Shown piece by piece: positions 29,327-39,897 of a stretch of DNA of 64,000 nt (positions within the stretch are counted from its first letter, which is position 1; each line of letters starts with the position of its first letter). The stretch is from a virus (Duplodnaviria > Caudoviricetes). The stretch covers positions 32,001 through 96,000 of the IMG/VR virus record IMGVR_UViG_2595698455_000001, one strand, 5' to 3'. The notes under the pieces are model-generated. The model made no database searches, was not told the DNA's origin, and saw nothing but the letters and a program-made list of their open reading frames with translations. The position numbers were made by a program, and so were the translations under genes.

Positions 29327-29662
29327 TTATTTTTGAACTTTGGCTACTGACATCGCCCAGAGTGGAAGGGTATGAGAGTCCAGGGCTTCCAGCAGGTACT
29401 CTATACGCTCGGACATGATGCCTTCAGGGAAGTTTACTTCTTCCGGTTCGCCGTTGGCCGTCCAACCCAGGGACAACCCTTCAGCATGATGGATGAGGTA
29501 GATGAAGTCACCCGATTCGTAGTCTTTTTCCATCAGGTCGAAGAATGCTTCCATCTCTTCATCGGAGAAGTAGTAGATGCGGGGTACAGAACCATCAGCA
29601 AAGTGCTCAGCGCCCTGGAAGGCAAACATGTCATCGGCGGTGAAGTTCTTGAGTTGTGTCAT
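29327..29662 (-). CDS. acidic hypothetical early protein
   Basis: 111-aa ORF behind an early promoter. Confidence 0.7.
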   Translation of the reverse strand: MTQLKNFTADDMFAFQGAEHFADGSVPRIYYFSDEEMEAFFDLMEKDYESGDFIYLIHHAEGLSLGWTANGEPEEVNFPEGIMSERIEYLLEALDSHTLPLWAMSVAKVQK

Positions 29663-29663
29663 G

Positions 29664-29765
29664 ATGTAGTTCCTTCATTTCAAGTTGGTGTCGTACTGCT
29701 TATGGAATGAAGTATAGGGGAAGATATTGAAGAAGTAAAGGGGCGTTTGCCCCTTTTATTGAATT
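29664..29765 (-). promoter_or_regulatory. early promoter and leader cassette, copy 1
   Basis: TTTACTTCTTCAATA...TATACTTCATTCCATAAGCAG...TGAAATGAAGGAACTA; near-identical to 62221-62312. Confidence 0.75.
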
Positions 29766-29768
29766 ATT

Positions 29769-30407
29769 TTACGGCGTTGGGTTCACAACAGGAATATGGA
29801 ATCTGATCCCGGCGATGATATCCTTCAGCTGTGGTTTCCAGCCAGCCACTAAACGAGGGAGGGCGATAGCACCAGGCTGGACCAAAATGATGTCGCTGCC
29901 CGTGATATTGTGCTGAGGGAACTGAGCAAGGTACTGCTCCATGGTGACGCCCTCATCAATCAGAACCGCACCGACATCAGATGATGCATAGGTTGCGCCC
30001 AGACCGTCAACACCCCATGCCAAGATACCCCAGTCAGGGATGTTGGCTTCGGATGTGATGGTGAACCCAAACACAGTGTTCAGGGAGGTGAAGGAGTAGA
30101 CGTCGTGAGTGATGTCATACACCAGATACCCCTTGGCCAGCATATCGGCAAAGATAGCGTCCGTATCGCCAGCAGCTGGAGTCGGTACGGTAAACAACAG
30201 CTCACCAGCCGGAGGAGCAGGATACGTACCGAGGGCGTAGAGACACCATGCATCAATGCACTTCTTGATGAATGCCTCGGGAGCGACATAATCGGCAAGG
30301 CGAACTGTACCCGAGTACTCGGATACAATGATGCCTTCTTTCGCGCCCTGTAGAGCGATGAAGACCAAGATATGTTCATATCCGGTCTGGGATGGAGTGA
30401 TGTTCAT
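29769..30407 (-). CDS. hypothetical, possibly virion, protein
   Basis: Start MNITPS coupled to the upstream stop. Confidence 0.7.
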   Translation of the reverse strand: MNITPSQTGYEHILVFIALQGAKEGIIVSEYSGTVRLADYVAPEAFIKKCIDAWCLYALGTYPAPPAGELLFTVPTPAAGDTDAIFADMLAKGYLVYDITHDVYSFTSLNTVFGFTITSEANIPDWGILAWGVDGLGATYASSDVGAVLIDEGVTMEQYLAQFPQHNITGSDIILVQPGAIALPRLVAGWKPQLKDIIAGIRFHIPVVNPTP

Positions 30408-31021
30408 TATCTTGTCCTCTTCAGTTTCTCTATTGTGCGCTTGTTCATGGTGATCACCTGAGGATCTACCTCGGAGATGGTCCGGCCTTTGAAGGACACA
30501 CATTTCTGAAGATATTTAGCTTTCTTCACGACGTCGGCGGCATAGGCGTTCGATGCAGGATTACGGGCGAAGCCAGCATTGTAGGAGGAAAGAGATTTGC
30601 GCACATTCTGCTTGTGATAGGTCAGCCAGAACTGCATCTCATCGAGGGCGGCTTGCGCGGCATATTCTTGGTCGGTCAGCAACTTGATGGCGACATTGGC
30701 ATAGCACTTGCGATTCTTACAACCTTCGCGATCACCAACTGTCTTCACCTTGTTCTGAAAGGCTCCCATGTTGGCCGCCTTGAGGCCGTATCGCATTGAC
30801 ACTACATCTTCACCAGCGCGGCTCTCTCGCCAAGATATGGCGGCCAGAGTGTAACCAAGGTCTTGTGTCTTGCCTATGTGATAGGCAGTTGCCAGCGTAT
30901 TAAGTTGTTGCTCAGAGAAATCATAAACACATTGACTTGTATTTTGGGAAGCGTGCACATTCCCGCTGGCAATGGTAAAGGTCACGGACAAGGCCATGGC
31001 CTTCAACGTTGTCATCGTCAT
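30407..31021 (-). CDS. secreted lytic-transglycosylase-fold protein (T4 Vs.1-like)
   Basis: Signal peptide; AAISWRES (catalytic Glu), GAFQ and SSYNAG SLT motifs. Confidence 0.75.
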   Translation of the reverse strand: MTMTTLKAMALSVTFTIASGNVHASQNTSQCVYDFSEQQLNTLATAYHIGKTQDLGYTLAAISWRESRAGEDVVSMRYGLKAANMGAFQNKVKTVGDREGCKNRKCYANVAIKLLTDQEYAAQAALDEMQFWLTYHKQNVRKSLSSYNAGFARNPASNAYAADVVKKAKYLQKCVSFKGRTISEVDPQVITMNKRTIEKLKRTR

Positions 31022-31120
31022 GATGGCGTTCCTTATGTGGTTTGTCGACTTGCAGCTCGATTGAGCCTCCTGACAGGGGTTAAAAGATAAAGGGCACGTG
31101 ATATTTAGTGCCCTTCAGCC

Positions 31121-31405
31121 TCATTCATAGATGAGGTGGTAGGATTCCTCGATACATTCCAGCCAGCCGTAGACAAACTCCATCGGGTCATCCCAGGCCG
31201 TGTTGGTCGCGACGGTGAAATTGCCGTCCAAGATTTCCATATCGTGGTACTTGTTGAAGGCAAGCACAGCATCAACCACAATCAGGCCACCCTGCTCAAG
31301 ATAACGATTCGGAGTGACCGTTACCTGATAATGTGGGTTCCGACGGTTCCAGGTTTCAACCGCAATGACACAGGAGTCTTGGATTTCATCTTTTGATTCT
31401 GACAT
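31121..31405 (-). CDS. hypothetical protein
   Basis: 94-aa ORF. Confidence 0.65.
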   Translation of the reverse strand: MSESKDEIQDSCVIAVETWNRRNPHYQVTVTPNRYLEQGGLIVVDAVLAFNKYHDMEILDGNFTVATNTAWDDPMEFVYGWLECIEESYHLIYE

Positions 31406-31656
31406 ATGTTTGTCTCAGGTGTTCAGTAAAGGATTTACCCAGCTTGCGGAATAGTTTAATACGACCAATGACTTTGACGTAAACATCCCCGTGGCAGGGG
31501 CGCGGCTTACACCAACACCCCAATACCTTCCCGTCAAGCTCAAGGAGTTCATCCTCGGTGATATCCCCTCCAATCAGGCGCACATACAAGTCGTCTTCAA
31601 ACAACTCGGTGCAGTTCCCCGCCCGTGGTCTTTGAAACACGAATCAGTCTACCCAT
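31386..31656 (-). pseudogene. DUF4326-like gene with a damaged 5' end
   Basis: ELDGKVLGCWCKPRPCHGDV is present, but the N-terminal R..WGNPF motif is absent and the ATG at 31656 is out of frame. Confidence 0.6.
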
Positions 31657-31658
31657 GA

Positions 31659-33995
31659 TCAATCCTTCTTGATAACTTCGGTCAGGCCATTGCGCAGACC
31701 ATAACGGATGTTGTGTTGGAAATATTCCTGGAACTCCTGCTCACGCTGGCTGATGACAAACAGGTTGTTCCCGCCGAACTTATGCTTCAGCATCTCAACC
31801 GATTCCTGCACCCCGCGCTCACTCATGTTCTCAAGGATCTCATCCAGCACGAACAGGTTACATTGCACAGACGCCTTGAGGTTAGCCACATCACGCAGAG
31901 CTAACGTCACAGCCAGGTTCAGGCGGCTGCGCTGGCCAGTAGACAGGGAGAAGATGCTCTGTCCCTTGCGGCCTGCTGCACTCATGGTGATCTCAAATGT
32001 ATCGTCGACAACGATGTCCAGGAACATGTTGAGGGCTTCAAGATACTCGTTGATCTTGCTATTGAGGAATGGAAGGTACAGGGCGATGATGCGCGCCTTG
32101 GTCTGGTCATCCTTCAGGAAGAACAGAAGATGCTGTAAGTCCTGGAGTTCCTGATCCGCGTCCTCTCGACGCTGGTATAGATCCTCTAGTTCACTCTCAA
32201 TAGAAGAGATGGCATTCTCCAGGTCGGCTGTAGGCGTCGGCTGTACAGCCAGTTTGCGCTCCAGATCGGCAATAGACGCCACGAGAGGAGCACGACGGGC
32301 TTTCAGCTCGGCGATCTTATCATCAACGGCTTTAATCCCGCTGACGGCATTCTCTCGCGTCTGTTGCAACGACGCAGTGATGTCTTCAAAACGAACGTTC
32401 AGCGCCTTGCGAATGTCAAGGATCTTCTGCTGGCATTCACGGTTCAAAGAGTTGCATTCAATCGTGGCGGCGTCATGGAACCCCTGAATGTCACGATGCA
32501 GCTGCTTGATGTTGTCAACGATTTCGTCAGCCTGCTTGCGCATTGCATCCAATTCAGCATCGATCACCGCGATATCAGCAACCAGCTTGTCGTCCTGAGC
32601 CTTGTGGTCATCAATCAGGGCGGTGACATCTGCAGTGACTTTATCCAGTTGATCCAGTTTCGCCTGTAATTCCTGAATCTGAGGATTGTATTCACTCTCA
32701 ATCCGTGCTTTGGTATCGTCGGACACCAGCTGGGTACACGTCGGGCAAGTTCCCATGTCATGGAACCGTTTGATGGCCGACTGATGGCCATCCATTTCGG
32801 TCTGGAACTTGATGCGGAAGTTCTCACCCTGTTGGCGGCGCTGGATAGCAGCGTTCAGAGCGTCAAGGTTTGCGTTGCGCTCGGTGACCAGGGTGTTCTT
32901 GCTTTCAGCCACGGTATAGGCGCGGTCACGCAAGACCTGAAGATCATGTTCAGCAGTAGACACCTCGATGCGCTCATAATCATCGGCCTTGTCCTGCGCG
33001 GCGTCTTTCACAGACTGGATTCTGACTTCAAAATCTTTCTTGACAGCCTCGATCTCCACCATGGATTCTTCGTGCAGGCGGCTTTCCACCGTCTTCATTT
33101 CCTGGGTGGCTTCGAATTCTACAGCAGTGAGACGGGTTCGTTCTTCGTTCTGGGCGGTGATATCCGCATCCAGGGCTGTCAGGGCTTCCTGCTGCTGTAG
33201 GAGGATATCGGCTGACTGTTGCTGTATCAGGGCGTTGGATTGCTCGATCTGATGCAGCTGCGTCTTCTTGTTGGTGTGGTCAACAACTTTCAACGCACAC
33301 TCAGTAGAGATGCTGTCCAGTACGGCGTTGGCGTTCTTGATGGAAGCCTTGACATCTTCGTTCATCAGGCTGAAGAAACCCAAATCCCAGATAGTCTCCA
33401 CCATGGCGCGACGGTCGGCGGTGTACATCTCCGTGAATGGGATGAACTTCTCTTTACCCAGCACCAGAGAGTTCTCAAACATCTTCTGGTCCACACCGAT
33501 GAGGTTCACGATGTACTTGTTCATGTCGGCCTTGGCCGCTTCGTTATCGATCTGCAACCACTTGCCGTCCACCATCTGGTAGACTTCAACAAAGTCAGGC
33601 TTGATGCCACGGCGCACCTTCCATTCGCTCCCACGGCATGAGAATTCGACCTCACCCACACATTCCTTACGGCTCTGTGAGTTCACCAGGCCTGCCTTCT
33701 TCTCCTTCTTGCTGTACGTGTCGTTGTACAGTACGAAGAACAGGAGCCACACCAGCATGGTAGACTTACCCGCGCCGTTGTCATCAGAAGTGACGAGCGT
33801 AGCCGGATTGCGCTGGTAATCGATCTCCATGAACTGATTGCCAATGGAGCGGAAGTTCTTGGCGCGGCCTTTGTGGAAGGTCAGCTTGTGAGTGATGTTG
33901 TCACGCACTTCGAATGGCACATCAACCTGAACAGGAGCTTCAGCTTCCTGCAGGAGAGCACCAAACTTGGACAGGATATCTGTACTTTGGGTCAT
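31659..33995 (-). CDS. recombination endonuclease ATPase subunit (T4 gp46, SbcC/Rad50-like)
   Basis: KNFRSIG, NGAGKST, CPTC zinc hook, LSTGQ and LDE motifs. Confidence 0.93.
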   Translation of the reverse strand: MTQSTDILSKFGALLQEAEAPVQVDVPFEVRDNITHKLTFHKGRAKNFRSIGNQFMEIDYQRNPATLVTSDDNGAGKSTMLVWLLFFVLYNDTYSKKEKKAGLVNSQSRKECVGEVEFSCRGSEWKVRRGIKPDFVEVYQMVDGKWLQIDNEAAKADMNKYIVNLIGVDQKMFENSLVLGKEKFIPFTEMYTADRRAMVETIWDLGFFSLMNEDVKASIKNANAVLDSISTECALKVVDHTNKKTQLHQIEQSNALIQQQSADILLQQQEALTALDADITAQNEERTRLTAVEFEATQEMKTVESRLHEESMVEIEAVKKDFEVRIQSVKDAAQDKADDYERIEVSTAEHDLQVLRDRAYTVAESKNTLVTERNANLDALNAAIQRRQQGENFRIKFQTEMDGHQSAIKRFHDMGTCPTCTQLVSDDTKARIESEYNPQIQELQAKLDQLDKVTADVTALIDDHKAQDDKLVADIAVIDAELDAMRKQADEIVDNIKQLHRDIQGFHDAATIECNSLNRECQQKILDIRKALNVRFEDITASLQQTRENAVSGIKAVDDKIAELKARRAPLVASIADLERKLAVQPTPTADLENAISSIESELEDLYQRREDADQELQDLQHLLFFLKDDQTKARIIALYLPFLNSKINEYLEALNMFLDIVVDDTFEITMSAAGRKGQSIFSLSTGQRSRLNLAVTLALRDVANLKASVQCNLFVLDEILENMSERGVQESVEMLKHKFGGNNLFVISQREQEFQEYFQHNIRYGLRNGLTEVIKKD

Positions 33996-33997
33996 GG

Positions 33998-35113
33998 TTA
34001 TGCGTCCAGTTTGTTCAGGCGTTGTTGGGCGGCGTTGTAGAAGTGCTCTGCCAGCTTGCAGACGTTCTCAGGCCGTTGGATGTTATTACCAGCGCGGATA
34101 TCCTTCTTTAGGACTTCCACTGCATCGGTTGCCACCATCTCTTCGGTGACCTCAACCTTCTCGGCTGCAACGGTAATCGTCCGGTCGATGAAGTTGTAGT
34201 CAATGCACTTGCAGCGCTTCATGGCATCACAGAACTTCTCATAATGCTTGGCATTGTCGCGGTTCTGTACGATTACCTTAACGATTTGCCCTTCAATACC
34301 CAAACCTGTGTTCAACCACTCAGGGTCGATCCAGTTGCCTTCATTGTCAGAAGACAGCTTGGTGTAATCATATTCCACATAGCGGAACAACGTCTGGTGC
34401 TCAGCGTTCGGGATGAAGACTTCGCCGCCGCGCATGTCATCTACATAGAAGCCACGGTTGGTGCCGTCTTTGTAGTCTTCCCAGTTCAGGTGATATGGAG
34501 TCCCAATATACTGAATGTTACCTTCCATCGAACGGGTATGGAAATGCCCTGTGTCGACCCGGTCAAACTTGGAAAGCAATGCAACGTCGATCTGACCGTG
34601 ATCACAAGTAGAGGACTGGTACATTTTGAACCCTGCCAGCTCCAGATGCGCAAAACAGTACTTGGCGTCTGTATCTTGTATCGCCTTAATAGACGCATCA
34701 TAGTTCTCCTTGTTGATCCAAGGCAGCAGCAGAGTCTTGACACCCTCGATCATCACTTCGGTCGGTTCGCTGTAGTAGCAGAACACATCTGGGTCCAGCT
34801 CGTTCAGATAGGACGGCCAGTTGATGCGGTTGGACTCTTCTAAGGTGATGTCATGGTTGCCCACGATGCCATTCCACTTGATGCCAGCGGCTTTCAGCGC
34901 CGGAGTTAGCTCATCCTTCAGCCAGTCTTTGTCGCGCCCGTACATGAATTTGCGGACGTCAAAAGTGTCGCCAAACTGCCAGACCTCTTTGATATCAGAG
35001 TCGACAAGTTCAGGGATGAAATAATTGATGAGGTAGTTCTTGATGAAGTCGCGAACGTATCGGGAACCATTACGGCTCCCGATATGCAGATCGCCAATTT
35101 TAGCAATCGCCAT
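33998..35113 (-). CDS. recombination nuclease subunit (T4 gp47, SbcD/Mre11-like)
   Basis: GDLHIG, GDTFD, GNHD and GHFH motifs. Confidence 0.93.
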   Translation of the reverse strand: MAIAKIGDLHIGSRNGSRYVRDFIKNYLINYFIPELVDSDIKEVWQFGDTFDVRKFMYGRDKDWLKDELTPALKAAGIKWNGIVGNHDITLEESNRINWPSYLNELDPDVFCYYSEPTEVMIEGVKTLLLPWINKENYDASIKAIQDTDAKYCFAHLELAGFKMYQSSTCDHGQIDVALLSKFDRVDTGHFHTRSMEGNIQYIGTPYHLNWEDYKDGTNRGFYVDDMRGGEVFIPNAEHQTLFRYVEYDYTKLSSDNEGNWIDPEWLNTGLGIEGQIVKVIVQNRDNAKHYEKFCDAMKRCKCIDYNFIDRTITVAAEKVEVTEEMVATDAVEVLKKDIRAGNNIQRPENVCKLAEHFYNAAQQRLNKLDA

Positions 35114-35841
35114 TATTCTTTTTCCTCTTGGATTTCGTCCAGGTCAAATTGCGTTTTGCCAAAGTCTTGATCTGAATCATCTTCGGCCTGTGCTGTCATA
35201 GTATTCTTACCTTGTGCCATGTATTGAAGTATGCCTTTCGCAATCTTTTTAGTCGATTCGGCAGCACGGGCTGTTTCCACCTTCTCCCGCTCCTTCTGTC
35301 GCTGGCTTTCCTTCTTGTTCTCAAAGTTGCCGATGCGCTCACGGAAGTCCATACCAATCCCTGTGGCATCAACGAACGTCTCTTGCTGGAAGTCTGGGTC
35401 GTCTGCCAGGCCTGCGAACCCACCCGCCTCTTCAAATGAGCGCAATTTGATGTACGTGTGCTCTTCTTCGATGTTCAGCTTACGGGCGAATGATCGATCA
35501 GCGCACATGGTCACCCAAGAGAAGAAGTTGATCTTCCCTTTCTTTCCAATGTGACCGACGTCGAAGGTGTGGAGGTAACGCAGGATGTTGACGATTGCTT
35601 CAGAGACCATGTCTTCGCGGAAGGGATAATCACGATAGTTGTAGCGGGTGCTCATCTTGGTGATGATGCGCTGGACCTGCAGAGCGACATAGTTGGGGAT
35701 CTTTGGAAGCCTGGTGCCCTCGGCAAGTGCTTTCTTGCGAGCAGGGATCCAATCACGAAGGATACTGATGACACGCTCGTTATCTTCGTCCGTGAAATAT
35801 TTGACGACATTCTCGCCACGATCAACATAATTCATACCCAT
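35113..35841 (-). CDS. late sigma factor (T4 gp55-like)
   Basis: IPNYV, YPFREDMVSEA and FFSWVT motifs; upstream of gp47. Confidence 0.88.
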   Translation of the reverse strand: MGMNYVDRGENVVKYFTDEDNERVISILRDWIPARKKALAEGTRLPKIPNYVALQVQRIITKMSTRYNYRDYPFREDMVSEAIVNILRYLHTFDVGHIGKKGKINFFSWVTMCADRSFARKLNIEEEHTYIKLRSFEEAGGFAGLADDPDFQQETFVDATGIGMDFRERIGNFENKKESQRQKEREKVETARAAESTKKIAKGILQYMAQGKNTMTAQAEDDSDQDFGKTQFDLDEIQEEKE

Positions 35842-35852
35842 TGTGGGAACCC

Positions 35853-36380
35853 TCAGATACCGATAAATTCATCAAAAGATCCAACAACTTTCTTCACAGA
35901 GATCCTTTCATTCTCTATCAGGAAGTTGCTGTCGTTCTTGGCGGCGGTGGCCCAAGTGTCCGCGAGTTCGTTGCCTTCAACACCCGCATGACCTTTAACC
36001 CATTTTAGTTCAACTTCACAAATTGAACAAACGAGATCATAGATTCTGAACAGATCTTTGATGAGATCAACGTTCTTGTCTGGGAAGCCCTGATACTCCC
36101 ACTTCGCTCGCCATTCGGTGACGCTCTTGATGGTGTATTGGCTGTCGGACCAGATGCGGACGTCCGGTATGCTGCGCTCACCCTTTCCAGAGAATGCCCA
36201 CAGTAATTTCAATGCGTTAGTGACACCCAACAACTCGGCGATGTTGTTGGTGGACGGAGGAGGCAGGTGGCCGAAGAATACCTTCCATTGCATACCCGAC
36301 ATCGGCTTAATGGCAAATGCCCAGCCTGCGGCCTGGTTGGTCTTCGGGTTAGAACCCCCGTCAGAATAAATTTCTATCAT
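35853..36380 (-). CDS. ribonuclease HI
   Basis: IYSDGG, TNNIAEL, SDSQY, WVKGH and GNELAD motifs. Confidence 0.92.
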   Translation of the reverse strand: MIEIYSDGGSNPKTNQAAGWAFAIKPMSGMQWKVFFGHLPPPSTNNIAELLGVTNALKLLWAFSGKGERSIPDVRIWSDSQYTIKSVTEWRAKWEYQGFPDKNVDLIKDLFRIYDLVCSICEVELKWVKGHAGVEGNELADTWATAAKNDSNFLIENERISVKKVVGSFDEFIGI

Positions 36381-36425
36381 GATATAAATATCCCAAACTG
36401 GTTTTATAGAAAGAGGAATGAAACT

Positions 36426-37193
36426 ATGGCACCCCGCGCATATCGTTTCAGTCTCACCGCACCGCAGATTGAGCAACTGCTCTTGTCTATCAATGACGCT
36501 ATCAAGCTGACTGATATCGTCTATGATTACACTGCAGGTGGGACTGTTGGGCAGGTCGCTGCTGCGTCCGCCGTCAAAGACATGTGGCTCCGTCTCAACG
36601 AGATGGTGACTGGCGAAGGCCTCAAAGACGCCATCAACGCCGCAGAAGACAGCAACGTGTTCACCGACTATTATAAGTCTCTTCTGGATCGCGAAGGCTG
36701 GAAATTTATTGGATCTCCGGCCGATGAACTTGAGCGAGATGACATTGACACCACGAACTTCACAGGTGGCGAGGTCATTCTACTTCAGAAGAACACTTCA
36801 GGCAACCCTGAGTTCCAATACTGGAAGCGAACCCCTGTTGCAGGTGGTGATCCCACCTTTGCGTGGGCTTCGGTCTATGAAGGGAACTCCAATGACTCTT
36901 CCATTGAGATCCCTGTGGTTGGAACCAGCGTACTCAAGGACATCCCCAAGGCGCTCTTCCATATGATTGAGTTCCGAGTGCATGTCTACGATAAGACACT
37001 GGGCCATTGGCAGGACACTGACGGAAAGGTCGGGTATCGCGGCGAGGATCTGTTCTACAGCACGTACAACCATGTGCAGACCAAACCTCTCGCCACCATT
37101 GACTTCAGCCAAGATACGGATAGCATGACGGTTTCTGTGACATCACTGGAACCAAATGTCAAATGCCATCTGTCCTTCGTGGCGGGTTACTAA
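36426..37193 (+). CDS. putative virion structural protein
   Basis: TATAAATA late promoter at 36383-36390 and GAGG SD before MAPRA. Confidence 0.7.
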   Translation: MAPRAYRFSLTAPQIEQLLLSINDAIKLTDIVYDYTAGGTVGQVAAASAVKDMWLRLNEMVTGEGLKDAINAAEDSNVFTDYYKSLLDREGWKFIGSPADELERDDIDTTNFTGGEVILLQKNTSGNPEFQYWKRTPVAGGDPTFAWASVYEGNSNDSSIEIPVVGTSVLKDIPKALFHMIEFRVHVYDKTLGHWQDTDGKVGYRGEDLFYSTYNHVQTKPLATIDFSQDTDSMTVSVTSLEPNVKCHLSFVAGY

Positions 37194-38908
37194 ACCTCGA
37201 ACACGGCATCAGTGAACCAAGCGGGGAAGAACTCTGGGTTGCGCATCATCAGTGATTCAAAAGAAGAATCAAGGATGTATGTCGCAGCCCAGTCATTCAC
37301 ACCCCTGACCGAACGTCCGCACATCTGAACGATACGCAGTACCGCCATCCTGAAGTACGCCGATGGGTCTACACTGTTAACGTGAGCCACCAGAGGATCA
37401 CCAAGGTAATCGTATGGCACCTTGATCAGGATCTGGAAGCGGCTGTAATCGCCCTTGAAGTCATACCCCTCTTCCATAGCCGGACTGGCGATGACACAAG
37501 GCGTCTTCGTCCTGAATGCCTGCTCCATGATATCCATCAGAGCCTTGCGAGTCCGAGGAACGTGAATCATATTCCTGTACTTGCTGAACTTCTGTAGAGC
37601 CAGGGCGCGGTCATAACTGACTGTGTGAATGATGCCAGACTGCCCATGGTGGAACGCGATGATTTCATCCACGTATTCGGCCAGCTTCTTCATCTCGTAG
37701 TCACCCATGTTCGCCGTCATCTTCATGATGGGCATGTAGTTGACCTTCCGGTTCTCTATCGGGATTGGGTTGCCGATTTGAATCTTGTGGTATTCACCCT
37801 CACGGATACCCAGAGAACGAGCATAGGACTCAATCCCACAGATCGTTGCCGACATGTGAACATGGTAGTCGCCCTTGCGGAATAGGCCGAACTGAGACAC
37901 ATCAGAGGCGATGACAGGCTTGAACTGAATCATGCCCTTGTCTTTCTCCTGAACGATGAAGGTGCTGGCATTGGTCTGCCCCATGATGCCGCAGTAGTCG
38001 CTGAGGTTGTGAAGAGTATCAATGATGTCGGACAGCTTCATCACCTGGGCTTCGGTCAGGCGCTCGTCTTCTACCAGTTCCTCAAGGGTTTCTAAAAGAG
38101 CTTCAACCTTGTCATGCAGGTCGTCAAATATCGCATGCATCTCACCTGTTAACGAGTACAGCTTGCCCAGCTCATAGTTTTCTGTGCGCCTGATGATATC
38201 CGTGATGGTCTCCACGATAGGCACTCCCTCAGGGATCGTTAGCAACCCCTTTACAGCATTTATACTGTATTCCATGATCGTGTGCTCTAGGAGCGTAGAG
38301 GGCATCTTATGGCACTCATCAAGGATCAGCATATCGGCGCGGTTTTCGGGCTTCATACAGATCGTCGTACACATCTCCACCATCATGGCGGCGTTGGTGC
38401 ATCGCAGGGAGGAGATGTCTGTCCAAAGACGACGAGCCTGAACATATGGGCAACGATTCTTGTTACAGTGCCCGTCGCGGCATGCCATACGGCATTGGAT
38501 GGCGTTGTAGTACAGGTCAGGGCTGATATGGCAACGATAGTTCTTCTTGCCCTTCAGGATATCTATCGCCACGGCTTTCTCTGCCGCATACTGATCCTGT
38601 AGACCTTTGGTCGGAGTGGTGATAGAAGTGCGGAACTGGCCATACGGATTGCGCTCAAGAACCAGATGGCGAAGCACATTATGAATGGTAGTACCGATCA
38701 GGGATTTACCCACACCAGTTGGAGCCTCGATGATCACGTGTTTGACCTTCTTGTTCAAGAGGGCGTCCACGGCTTCAACGATGCATTCCATCTGTCCTGG
38801 GTTGGCGGTGTCGTATGGGAAGAACTCAGCGGCAAGAGACTTGATGCGGTCTATGCTGACTGGTCCGACGCCATCAAGCGCCTTGGTGTATTGATTGAAT
38901 GCTGTCAC
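37190..38908 (-). CDS. DinG/XPD-like SF2 helicase
   Basis: EAPTGVGKS, KGKKNY, Cys cluster, DECH, MSAT, EGYDF and QMCGRSVR motifs. Confidence 0.88.
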   Translation of the reverse strand: MTAFNQYTKALDGVGPVSIDRIKSLAAEFFPYDTANPGQMECIVEAVDALLNKKVKHVIIEAPTGVGKSLIGTTIHNVLRHLVLERNPYGQFRTSITTPTKGLQDQYAAEKAVAIDILKGKKNYRCHISPDLYYNAIQCRMACRDGHCNKNRCPYVQARRLWTDISSLRCTNAAMMVEMCTTICMKPENRADMLILDECHKMPSTLLEHTIMEYSINAVKGLLTIPEGVPIVETITDIIRRTENYELGKLYSLTGEMHAIFDDLHDKVEALLETLEELVEDERLTEAQVMKLSDIIDTLHNLSDYCGIMGQTNASTFIVQEKDKGMIQFKPVIASDVSQFGLFRKGDYHVHMSATICGIESYARSLGIREGEYHKIQIGNPIPIENRKVNYMPIMKMTANMGDYEMKKLAEYVDEIIAFHHGQSGIIHTVSYDRALALQKFSKYRNMIHVPRTRKALMDIMEQAFRTKTPCVIASPAMEEGYDFKGDYSRFQILIKVPYDYLGDPLVAHVNSVDPSAYFRMAVLRIVQMCGRSVRGVNDWAATYILDSSFESLMMRNPEFFPAWFTDAVFEV

Positions 38909-39037
38909 TTGCTTCCTCCTATGGGATTCGCCTATAGTTTACCCGATTCCCAGGAACGAAAAAGCCGGAGCATTGTACTCCGGCTTTCTCTTTTGTCACG
39001 CCCCTGCGTTGCAGAGACCGGACCGAACCAGGTTGAA

Positions 39038-39316
39038 TTACTTGCCGTTGGCAGCGTTCTTCAGACCTTCGCCCACTTTGAATTTCACAACGTTTTTGGC
39101 AGCGATGGTGATTGTCTGGCCGTTCAGAGGGTTGCGACCTTCGCGCTCTTCTTGTGCTTTCACTTCGAATGCACCGAAGCCGACCAGCTGGACAGATGCG
39201 CCTGCAGCAACTGCAGTTTTCACGCCGTCAATAAAGGATGCTACTACTTTCTCTGCTTCGCCTTTGGTGATGTTCTGGGTCGAAGCGATGTGGGCAACAA
39301 ATTCAGTACGATTCAT
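39038..39316 (-). CDS. HU-like DNA-binding protein
   Basis: VQLVGFGAF and GRNPLNG motifs. Confidence 0.93.
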   Translation of the reverse strand: MNRTEFVAHIASTQNITKGEAEKVVASFIDGVKTAVAAGASVQLVGFGAFEVKAQEEREGRNPLNGQTITIAAKNVVKFKVGEGLKNAANGK

Positions 39317-39406
39317 CTGGATTACTCCGTTGGGTTAATGTTTACTTTCATGTTCACTACAAGAGGACTACAGTTTAACTAACAAATTTTATTGAATAAA
39401 GCGGAA

Positions 39407-39685
39407 TTATTGGGCGTTCCCTTTGGGGATTAACAATTCCATCTCTGCTCGGGTAACAACCGTTTCTACATGAACTTCATCTATCAGCATTTCGTTCAGA
39501 AGATCGTATCCCAAGACATGAGCATCATCGGCGTATGACTTACACAATTCAGATTCCAATGAAAGAACCCTCTGAACTGTGAGGCCGCCGGAAGAAAACG
39601 GAACCGGAAAGAAAACTGAATATTGCTTCGAGCTTTCATGCGAACTGAATCTAACCAGCAGGACATCACACCATACACCAGCCAT
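39407..39685 (-). CDS. hypothetical protein
   Basis: 92-aa ORF with GGAGG SD. Confidence 0.6.
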   Translation of the reverse strand: MAGVWCDVLLVRFSSHESSKQYSVFFPVPFSSGGLTVQRVLSLESELCKSYADDAHVLGYDLLNEMLIDEVHVETVVTRAEMELLIPKGNAQ

Positions 39686-39686
39686 G

Positions 39687-39884
39687 TTACACCTCCACAG
39701 CGTGAGACTTCAGGAGTTCATCGACTGCTTTCTGCCCCATGTAATAGAACGGGATGCGCTGGTAGAACGCCCAAAGCAATAACTGAATAACAATGCGGGA
39801 ACGGGGTTTGGTCACAATGATCGGATAAGATTTTTCCATGATATATAGTCTCTCAAATGAAAAGGCGACTTTATGATAAGCCAC
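39687..39884 (-). CDS. hypothetical protein
   Basis: Short ORF, probable start MEKSY. Confidence 0.45.
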   Translation of the reverse strand: MAYHKVAFSFERLYIMEKSYPIIVTKPRSRIVIQLLLWAFYQRIPFYYMGQKAVDELLKSHAVEV

Positions 39885-39897
39885 CCGAGGTTATTGA

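Noticed and set aside
30407-31021. RegB endoribonuclease label
   Set aside because: A signal peptide and SLT motifs fit a transglycosylase-fold protein instead
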